The notes below the pieces were generated by a model. The model was not told the DNA's origin. It made no database searches and was given only the letters and a program-made list of their open reading frames with translations. The position numbers and the translations under genes are program-made. A DNA stretch of 64,000 nucleotides from Pachysolen tannophilus NRRL Y-2460 (taxonomy: Eukaryota), in NCBI GenBank assembly GCA_001661245.1, contig KV454015.1, positions 599,465-663,464 of the forward strand, given 5' to 3'. Position 1 is the stretch's first letter; each line of letters begins with the position of its first letter. Shown piece after piece: positions 54,484 to 64,000 of the stretch.

Positions 54484-55316
54484 TCAATTATTGTAACTGG
54501 TCAATCTTTGATCATTGTATCTCATGTACTGACCATTTAATTCTTTTGAGAATCCTCGAAGAGATAGATTTGCATATATGGTAGCTGGTACGATTGGATC
54601 TAAAAGTTCACTATTTTGCTTTAAATCTGTGAATCTTTTCAATTCTTCAGGTTTCATACTTTTACCAAATTTTAAACGAATATCATCTTGCATCAGAGTA
54701 TCAACAACACCTGGAGCAACAGAAATAGTTGAAATTTCTGGTTCTTCACTTGCTAAAGATAAACAAAGATGATTCAAAGCTGCTTTAGAAGAACCATAAG
54801 GTGCCCATCCATAAGTTGATTTTGTTGAAGCACCTGAAGAAACAAATACAACATTACCTTTAGAATTTCTTAATTCCGGTAATGCCTCTGAAACAAGTGA
54901 TATAGCAGCAAAAAAATTTATATCAAATAATTTTTTCCATTCATTTATATTAACATTAGCAATACTTTCAACTGGTTCTAAGATTCCTGCATTGATAATA
55001 ATCGAATCAATTCCACCAAATTTTGAGATTGCAAGTTTAACTGCACTAGAAGAAGTCTTTTCATCTGAAACATCTCCAGCAACGTATCCAATACGATCTT
55101 CTCCATATTTCAAGACTAACTGTTTCAATGGCTCTTCCGACCTAGAAATAGCAATTAACTTTGTGTCTTGATGCGATGAAAGCAAAATCTTAGCAACAGA
55201 AGCACCAATACCTTTTCCCAACAATTTGAAATTTGTTAGTATACCAAAGATAAAATCAATTTTAATTATAATTAAAACTTACCTTTTGATGCACCTGTAA
55301 GAATAATAACTGGCAT
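54484..55316 (-). CDS. Short-chain dehydrogenase/reductase, YIR035C/IRC24 (benzil reductase)-like, 2 exons: 55316-55283 and 55211-54484
   Basis: Splicing of intron 55282-55212 (GTAAGT/TACTAAC/AAG) restores the Rossmann motif TGASKGIG. Also INAGILEP, VSSGA, YGSSK (YxxxK) and VAPGVVDT.MQ. Confidence 0.9.
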
Positions 55317-55425
55317 CCTAAATCGTCTCCAAATATAAAATACTACTACTAATAGTAATACCAATAATAATACTAGCTCACAACTTGATTTCTATCTTTA
55401 ATTATACTATTCGAAACTCAATTAC

Positions 55426-55461
55426 TTGGTTCATTTGGTTCATTTAGTTCATCTGGTTCAA
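55426..55461 (+). repeat. Tandem 9-mer (TTGGTTCAT-like) x4 in the SDR/PAN3 divergent promoter
   Basis: ttggttcat ttggttcat ttagttcat ctggttcaa. Confidence 0.75.
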
Positions 55462-55706
55462 ATTCTGGTCAATTTGGGCACGAGAGCCCTCAAAATCTGG
55501 TCACATGACCGAAAATGGTTGAACTTTGGTGGTTCAAATAGCAAAACATAACATATGGAAATGGTTTCAATGTTTTATTCAAAATTGATTGTTTTGCAAG
55601 GTTAAAATAAAGATAGATTTAAGAATTAGTTCTTTAGTTGTTTATCTGGTGAAGGAAGGAAAAAAAAAGAGAGGTTTTTTTTTTTTTTTTTTTTCTTTTT
55701 TCTGAT

Positions 55707-57929
55707 ATGAGTATGTATTTGTTTTCTAAATGAAAATACGAATTATCTTCAATAGTAGTTTTGATGAACTTTTTTTATTATTAATAATATTATTATTATT
55801 CTTGTTGTTGTTGAAATTTTTTACTGACATTAATTCATTTTATAATGGTTATAGGCAAACCACCGGGGCAGTTTGATTGGGCAAAGGATATTCCTTGTAA
55901 GAATATAACCATATATGGGTATTGCAAGCACCAGGATAAATGTGCTTATAAACACGATATAGGTGTGAATGCTAAAAGTTCACCACTGGTATCCACAACG
56001 TTATCGACGGTTAATAATAATAACAATAATAACAATAATAATAATAGCAGCACCACTACTACTACTACCAGTACCGCCACTGCTACTACTTCACATCAAC
56101 TTAATACGGCGGCTCCAACATTTATACCTTCTAATGTATCACGTCCAACTTCGTCTTCGACCACCACATTCTCGACACCTTCTTCATCGCAAACAGGTAC
56201 TTTACCTAAAAAGAAATTTAATTTTGATTCTCCTTCTTTTACTCCAAACGTTGCTTCGAATTCGTTTAACACACCACCACCAAATCCAAAAGATGTGCCA
56301 ACATTCGTTCCAAATTCAACAGAAATTACTGAAAATAATCTGGACAATCATTATCATTCAGATGGTAAGAATAACGTTAATTCCACCCCAACGGTAAATC
56401 AAGTTTTCAATTTTGATACACCATCATTTACACCGTCATTTACACCGAATAATACTGTATCATTTGCAAATAACGTTCATCATAATCCTGATATACCGCT
56501 TTCTCCACTGATATCACATACTCAACCTTCAACTACAGCTGGAACATCTATTGTGAATCCTTATAGTACAGGGAATGGTCTTCCTCAAAATGAGATTTTT
56601 TTTGCACAACCAACAACTGCTTATCCTTTACAATATCACTTGTATGCACCTGTACCACCACCACATATGCAATTACCTTTACAACCAAATGAAAGAAATG
56701 CACAATCACTTTTCATTCCAAATGATTTAAGAGAAAAGCTTCAGCTTAAAAATGAAGCATCGCTACAAGTTTTACCTCATTCAAAATTACCACAACTCGT
56801 TGATGTTTATCATTCCTTGGTTCCAATCGATCAAAAATATGAAAAATCAGCAAGAGTATATGGAGTTCCAAGTTCATTATATAAAGTATGCTCTAACATA
56901 GATGGTAACTTATATGCATTACGCCGATTAGAAGGTGTAAAACATATTAATGAAAGCGCTATTGCTTCAGTGAAAAGATGGCAAAATGTTAAATCAGCAA
57001 ATGTTGTGAAATTATATTTAGCCTTCACTAATATGGCATTCAATGATAACTCATTATTTCTAGTGTATGATTATTATCCATGCTCTTCAACTTTACTTGA
57101 GGCTCATTTCCAACCTTCTGGTATAAGAAAACCAGAAATTATAAGTGAAAACATTCTTTGGAGTTATATCGTTCAATTGACAAATGCATTGGTAGCAATT
57201 CATGAAAAGGGTTTAGCTGCTAGAACTATAGACTTGTCAAAAGTGATAATTACAAATAAAGGTAGAATTAGATTATCTGGTTGTGGAGTATTAGATATTC
57301 TTAACTATGGTGAAGATAAAAAATTAGAAGAACTTCAAAAAATTGATTTGGAAAATTTTACTAAACTTATATTTGATTTAGCAGCTAGTTCTATTCCTAC
57401 AAGAGGTATTGACAAATCACAAGTAGATATTGTTAAACTATTACCATTTTCTGACAATTTCAAAAATGTTTTAATTTATATGATATCAGATCTTTCTAAT
57501 TTAACATTATCTAAATTACAATCTATTATAGCACCACAAATCATGCAAACTATGAATGACCTTGAAAATGCAAATGATTATATTGAAGGTCAGTTGACCA
57601 GAGAATTGGAAAACTCAAGATTAGTAAGATTAATGATTAAATTAGGTTTCATAAATGAAAGACCTGGATTTGCCAATGATCCATCGTGGTCTGAGACTGG
57701 TGATAGATATCCAATCAAATTATTCAGAGACTACGTTTTCCATCAAGTAGATGAGAATGGCAAGGCAGTTGTTGATTTATCTCATGTCTTGAGTTGTTTG
57801 AATAAATTGGATGCAGGTATAGATGAAACCATCCTATTGGTTAGTCCTGATGAAAAAAGCTGTGTTATCCTGTCATACAAAAAATTGAAAGAAATCGTAG
57901 ATGCCGCATTTCGTGACCTTAGCAAATAG
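55707..57929 (+). CDS. PAN3: Pan2-Pan3 deadenylase subunit Pan3; probable exons 55707-55710 and 55855-57929
   Basis: WAKDIPCKNITIYGYC CCCH finger, YPLQYHLYAP, pseudokinase domain, RELENSRLVRL and WSETGDRY. Intron 55711-55854 is GTATGT/TACTGAC/TAG. An unspliced alternative ATG lies at 55845. Confidence 0.93.
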
Positions 57930-58449
57930 TCCCCAAAACTTAGATACTTCATTGTTCTAGTTATGTAATAAATAAAATCGTTATATTTATATATATGTTT
58001 TTGTGCAACTGAAAAATTCTGTTTGTTTACACAAAGTTGATAATAGATGCATATTTGTGCATACAGTTGGTTTTTCCAAATCTGCTCACCAGTACAACAG
58101 ATCAAATCATACTCCATTAAAAGTTTGTATTATATAATGAGGAGTAATGAATGTTTCTAATAGCATTGAGGTCTATAAGACTATTTATTATTATAGATAG
58201 AGATTATTATTAGTCTTTTGATTTTTTTTTGTGTTATTGGTGTGTTAAAAAATTTTTTTGAATCAACCTAATTAATAGTAAACTTGGTTTGATTGTATTA
58301 TTTTGAATCGTTCTTTTTTTTGCCGCCTTTCTTTTTCTCCTGGTGATACTGTGTTTTTGACTTTTAATAGTTATTCTTGTGATAAGATTACTGTTAGCCT
58401 TGTGTGTGTGTTTTTATCTTTTTGGGGAGGTTTTTTTTTTGAAGTTAAA

Positions 58450-60356
58450 ATGGATTTGCACAACTTGAAATACAAATTTGAAAAATTTAAAATCAATTAT
58501 AATCATGGTAAGAACAGTCTTGATAAAAATCCAAGAATTGTTGCAGGGCGTTTACCAAATCGTCCATTGATTTCTTTGAGAACAAATCCTCATGATCCAT
58601 ATAATTTGAACGATGTCACTGTTTTTGGACCCACTCCAGATGTAATAACGTTAAACAACAATGTTGAACGTGAAGAGTATGGGTTTTCTTTAAATAAGAG
58701 CAACAAGAGTACAAATAGCAATAGCGATGAAAATGATAAAGAAGGAAAGGAGATAGAAAATTTAAATAATGATATTGAAAATGTTCAAGAAATTTCTTCT
58801 TCTCCTTCAAAGATAAGGGAGAATTTACAACAGGCAACTCTTATGAAGAATGGGATTGAATGTCATTGTAGTTGTCATTCACATGCGGATTATGGACAAC
58901 ATCAAGAGTTTATTGAAGGCCGTAATTGTACTGAGTCTGTGATTAGTTCTTCTGGTAGTAAAGACGAACATTTACAAGAAGAAGGACATAATGCCGTTAA
59001 CACAACAAATCAACTGCCCTTTTCCAAAATGTTACATCGTTATAATAAATTTTTAAGATTTAAATCATCGAAAAAAAATAGTTTTCCAATGGAAGTTCCT
59101 TCACCAATTATTGAGTGTAATACAGGTTCTGTAGGTAAAGCAGAAGCAGAAGAAATGAAAAAATTAGAAGAAGAAAGAGTTATTAAACCTGAAAAAAAAC
59201 ATCCAGAAGTTGAAAATAATATACCTAAGATCTTACCTGGGGTTAGAAATATTTCTAGAAGAGAATCAGTTTTATATTCAAGTAGAAAACCTTCATCTCA
59301 AATTGTTACAAGATTAAACTCAAATATTACAAGACCTCTTTCAATGGAAACAAATTCAACTTTAATTACTGGTAACAATGAAAATAAAAGATCAAATCAT
59401 CCAGAAACAGAATTATATCTTTCTGGACTTTGTAACTGTGCTTCATGTGAAAAGAAACGTTTAAATTCAAGCGATAGTGCATGGAAAACAATAATGAATG
59501 ATGTTTCTTTAAATGCAGCACTCTTATCAACTGGAAACCATCCAAGGAGAACCATTTCTAATGAAGTTAATTCTGATTTCACAAATTGTAAATATGGAAC
59601 TGAACATCTTGATAACGAAAGAGATAGAAATGAGATACGTTTAGGTTTAAAAAAGAAGAAATTTTTAAAACTTAATGGACCAAGAGAAAATCAAAATACC
59701 GTTGAAAGTGTTGATTCTTGGGCACCATTAAATGTTGTTGATGCTGTTGATGGAAATAACAATAATAACAATAATAATAATAATAACAATGAGAATTTGA
59801 AAATAACTTCGATAAGCAATAGTTTTAAAAATAAGGATACGAGTAAGGAATACTTAAAGTGTAGTAATTATTACATCACTTTTAATATAGTTTGAAAATA
59901 CTGACTAACAAATTATTTCAATTAGATGCAATTTCAAAAGAAGTTTCTGAAATTAAATCAAATGGATGGGAAATTCAAAATCGCACTTCTAGGCCATCAA
60001 GTTCTCTTTCCAATATAACAGATTCATTAAATAGAGAAAATTCAGGAACATATAGTTACGGTGTACTTTCCAATTATTATTCAGATGGACCAGATGCTAC
60101 ACCTATTTGGAGAACGAAGAGAACAATTGATAACGTTGAAAACATTAAAAATGAATGGTTAGAAGATACATCTAAAGATGAAAATAATAATTTCAATACT
60201 AAAGTTAACACCACTGATAATAATAAAGAAAACTTGGTATTACTACCTGAAAAATTGAGATCAGATTTTTCCATGCCAATGACTATTATTAATCAAGCTG
60301 TTGACTCTGATATCAATGAAATCAACGATATTGCAGATATTTCTGAAACATTTTAA
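58450..60356 (+). CDS. Hypothetical protein (607 aa), 2 exons: 58450-59842 and 59926-60356
   Basis: Two adjacent ORFs are joined in frame by intron 59843-59925 (GTAAGG/GACTAAC/TAG). Total 1824 nt. No recognised domain; contains Cys/His motifs CHCSCHSH and CNCASC. Confidence 0.65.
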
Positions 60357-61240
60357 GATTGATAAAGTTTGCTTTTAGTGTTAAAAAAAAAAAAATAAAA
60401 TAAATAATTAAAGAAGAAGAAATAGATTATATATAACTAGATTTTTGCTTTTTTGGAAAACATATATTACAACAATGGGTTCAACTTGATTTAATAAATT
60501 GAAATTGAAATATTCATTTACAATGGTTTTTGTGAATATTTTCAATTTTTTACTTTTTTACTTTTTTTTTTTTTCTTTTGCCTTTTCTTTTCTCTTTTAT
60601 ATATTATGAATCTGGTCTTTTTAGTTAATAAACAATGTATTTTGCTGTATATGATAATGATATTGAATATGTTGTTGTTATTAATGTGTTGTGATAGTAT
60701 AGACTAATGCGGAAATATTGCGATGGACTATAAATCGTACATATATAAATGTTTTGAAGTTGCAGTTTGCAGTATCAGGTTGCCTCATTTCAAATTTAGT
60801 TTAGTTTAGTCTAAAACTTTTGGAGTTGTTTAAAAACAGGAAAAAAGTGAATTCCTCTTTTATCATGGCATTAAGAATCAATCCATTTGGTTCTCTGTTG
60901 ATGGGTTACCAAATTACTGAAATAAATATCATGGAATTTGGATTTCCCATGTTAAGGTTGATAATTTAGGTTTCACTATTATCAATTTTTCTTTTTAATA
61001 TTCTCGATCCTAGTATTACCTTATATTGGAGCAGGAACAATTATTGATTTGCTGTTGTGGGTTTTCTTTCATTAGTGGTAACAATTTTATTTTCAAAAAA
61101 TTGAATAGTGGCAAAAAATCATAGTTGAGTATTCAAAGTCTTTTTCTTTTTTTTTTTATTATTTTGCATCCCTTTATCTGTATCAAGAGTTTAAAGTACG
61201 ATTCAATTATTGTAGCAAGGCCAAGTGGTGGTGATTGAAG

Positions 61241-62602
61241 ATGGGTTGCGCAGCAAGCTCTGAAATGGATGAGCTTGATCCATTTTATGAAAGTAAGAAG
61301 ACAAATGATGCAATTGAACATTTATTGGCAGGAAATAAAGGTGGTAAGAAAAATCAAGTTAAATTGTTATTATTAGGAACTGGAGAAAGTGGGAAATCCA
61401 CTGTGTTGAAACAAATGAGATTACTTCATCATAATGGTTTTAGTAATCAAGAAAGACTGCAATATGCCCAAGTTATATGGGCCGATGCAATTCAAAGTAT
61501 GAAGATATTAATCATGCAGGCAAGAACATTGGGAATTTCATTATCTTGTGATGAACCTGGTTCTAAGTTGAATGTTTTCAAGCAAATAGTTTTAAAATAT
61601 AATGCTTTAGAACATATAGATACAGGTGCTGCTGGTGGTAGTGATTTTTTAAATGATTATGTTGTTAAATATTCAAAGAAAAGTGAATATAGAAGAAAAA
61701 TTCAAAGTACAGGAAAATTAGGTGTAGCACCATGGGAAGAAGATTTACCTAATCCATCGGATAATGGACAAGATGCTATAATAGAAAATATAGAAGAAGG
61801 TTTAAATGAAACTACTGATATTGGTCCAGGTGTTACCGCTTTTATTTTTCCTAATAAAAACACTAAATTAGTAACAAAATCTATTTCTGTTACTAGAGAA
61901 CAAATTGCAGAATCTATAAAACAATTATGGAATAACGATAAAGGAATTCAACAATGTTTTTTAAGATCTAATGAGTTTCAATTAGAAGGAAGTGCTGCTT
62001 ATTATTTTGATAATATAGATAAATTTGCTTCATCAGATTATGTTTGTACAGATGAAGATATTTTAAAAGGTAGAATTAAAACTACAGGAATTAGTGAAAC
62101 AAATTTTGATATAAATGGTTATAGATTCAAAGTATTGGATGCTGGAGGACAAAGATCAGAACGATCAAAATGGATTCATTGTTTTGAAGATATAACAGCT
62201 GTATTATTTGTCCTAGCTATTTCAGAATATGATCAAAAATTATTTGAAGATAGATCAGTCAACAGAATGCATGAAGCCATGCACTTGTTTAACCAGTTGC
62301 GTAACTCTAGATGGTTTTATGATGTTCCATTCATCTTATTTGTCAATAAAATGGATTTATTTGAGAAAAAACTTTCACATTCACCTCTTGTAAAATATTT
62401 CCCAGAATATCAAGGAGACCCAACAGATGTAGAAGCTGCTACCAAATTTTTCGAAAATTGTTTCATAAGCATGAATAAGACAAATAAACCAATCTATATT
62501 CATAGAACATGTGCTACAGATACACAGAGTATGAAATTTGTCTTAACAGCTATTACTGATATGATTATTCAACAAAATTTGAAAAAAAGCGGTATGATAT
62601 AA
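61241..62602 (+). CDS. GPA1: Pheromone-pathway heterotrimeric G-protein alpha subunit
   Basis: MGC acylation site, KLLLLGTGESGKSTVLKQ, the Gpa1-type insert AGGSDFLNDYV, DAGGQRSER, NKMD and TCATDT. Confidence 0.95.
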   Translation: MGCAASSEMDELDPFYESKKTNDAIEHLLAGNKGGKKNQVKLLLLGTGESGKSTVLKQMRLLHHNGFSNQERLQYAQVIWADAIQSMKILIMQARTLGISLSCDEPGSKLNVFKQIVLKYNALEHIDTGAAGGSDFLNDYVVKYSKKSEYRRKIQSTGKLGVAPWEEDLPNPSDNGQDAIIENIEEGLNETTDIGPGVTAFIFPNKNTKLVTKSISVTREQIAESIKQLWNNDKGIQQCFLRSNEFQLEGSAAYYFDNIDKFASSDYVCTDEDILKGRIKTTGISETNFDINGYRFKVLDAGGQRSERSKWIHCFEDITAVLFVLAISEYDQKLFEDRSVNRMHEAMHLFNQLRNSRWFYDVPFILFVNKMDLFEKKLSHSPLVKYFPEYQGDPTDVEAATKFFENCFISMNKTNKPIYIHRTCATDTQSMKFVLTAITDMIIQQNLKKSGMI

Positions 62603-63827
62603 GTCAGAAATAAAACAAAAACAAAAAAGAAAAAAAAATAAGGAAAAAACTAACTTGAAAAGACTTTATATAAAAAATATAATTTAATATAATATAATTT
62701 AATTTAATAGTACAATAGGAATAGTAAATATAAAATTGTTGTCTTCCAACAAAGTAATGTAATGTAATTACATAGATCAACCACAATCTACTTAAATAAT
62801 TAATACCTTAGTTCTTCTTATCTATGGTATTAATCCCTTATCAGGGGCAACCCATAAATAAAAGGTAGTGTGCTATATTAACAAAACAATTTGAAATTTC
62901 TTTTTTCTTGCAACAAGCACGTCTAAAAGATAACACAGTGTCTCTTTTATATATATAAATATATATAAATATATATAAATATATATATTTATGTAACAGC
63001 TAATCAATCATAAAAATTATTTATTATTCAAAATCTAGCTATATCATTTATTGAATATCTATTTTATTGATTAGATTGAAGGTACTATTTACTTTTTTTT
63101 TTGTTTTGGCTCATTGTAATTGTTTCAATTAATTTAGTTTGTGTTGTTGTATTGTATTGTATTGTATTGTGTTGAGAAAAACAGGATGGTTTACAAACTT
63201 TAATTTTAAACACTTTGCGTGCAAGAGTTTAAAATCAATACATAATCAGAATTAGAGTCATTCATCTATCTTATTTATTCTGTTGAAAGAGATTGTTATA
63301 TAACAGATCATCTGATTAACAGAACATTTAACACGAATCAAACTTCTTTATTGAGATAGAGCCGGATTAAAAATAGGTGTGGTGTTTTAAAGAGTTACCA
63401 AAAAAAACAAAAGGTAGTGTCAACGGTCACAAAAAAGAGTCATCATCATCATCGAGAATTGGTTGGTTGAGCCGCAGATTATCCGAGAAATTTGCTGCTG
63501 CTAGTTGTAGTCATAATTATCAAGTCGTTTGTCTAATTTTCGATATAAATAATACAATATCCAAAGTATTTTGTAACTTTGATTTTTTAAAAAGTTAAGT
63601 CAGTGGGCTTGAGTTTTCTTTTTTTTTCACTCTTCATTTTTCATTTTTTGTTTTCCATTTTAGTTTCATCCTTTTTTGTATTTTATTTCATTTTTTTTTT
63701 TTTTTTTTGTTGGTAAACGATAAGACATTCATTCATTTTTTTTTTTTTTTTTTTGGGTTATTAGGTTAAGATTCATTTTTTATTTTTATTTTATTTCGTT
63801 TTTTTTTCTTTTGGTTTGGTTATTTAA

Positions 63828-64000
63828 ATGTCATATCTAGTTGAAGGTGGCGGAAATGCAGCTAAGTCCATCACTCCTGTCTCGACAGGTCCAGCCACGA
63901 TTGGAACACCAGATAGTGTTTTAGCATCATTCACAACATTAGGGGATTATAAGCATGTTTGTGGTAATGTTTTGAATAAGTCGGCTGTGTTGCAAGAACG
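63828..64000 (+). CDS. 5' fragment of an unidentified gene running off the window end
   Basis: aaATG followed by an open frame (MSYLVEGGGNAAKSITPVSTGPATIGTPDSVLASFTTLGDYKHVCG...), with an abrupt change from a T-rich leader to coding-like composition. Confidence 0.55.
   Translation, partial: MSYLVEGGGNAAKSITPVSTGPATIGTPDSVLASFTTLGDYKHVCGNVLNKSAVLQE

Noticed and set aside
1..64000. Short antisense ORFs inside long genes; poly-A/T, (TA)n and (AAT)n tracts; CRISPR, transposon or tRNA candidates
   Set aside because: The antisense ORFs mirror acidic or Asn-rich codons and the microsatellites are background for this genome. I saw no repeat-spacer array, gag/pol/transposase ORF or tRNA A/B-box cloverleaf.

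Overview
This is a eukaryotic, AT-rich budding-yeast (Saccharomycotina) scaffold with three N-gaps and no prokaryotic features, transposon, rRNA, tRNA or CRISPR array that I can support. About 26 protein-coding genes are present. In order: HSP90 3' end, CIN2, IQG1, RPN13, a CinA/PncC-like gene, DCK1, mitochondrial ACP, SDS22, an FCR1-like Zn2Cys6 factor, an RME1-like C2H2 factor, CNB1, DPH2, ISY1, SSY1, CYC1, an orphan ORF, PDR12, TVP18, a Pirh2-like CHY/RING ligase, AVO2, a CLD1-like hydrolase, a YIR035C/IRC24-like SDR, PAN3, a spliced orphan gene, GPA1 and a 5' gene fragment. Seven spliceosomal introns missed by the ORF track were reconstructed by hand, in CIN2, CNB1, TVP18 (two), the SDR, PAN3 and the orphan. 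In-frame CTG codons sit at positions where homologues prefer Ala, pointing to the CUG-Ala genetic code. The organism is probably Pachysolen tannophilus-like, judged from memory of its cytochrome c and not verified. The best leads are a possible UUG-initiated mitochondrial presequence on CLD1, a 4-nt coding first exon in PAN3, a PncC-fold protein lacking the catalytic Ser/Lys, a 3'-located weak-donor intron in an orphan gene, and a GC-rich multi-hairpin island before ISY1. I found no clearly new multi-gene system. All homology calls come from recalled family motifs, not from database searches.
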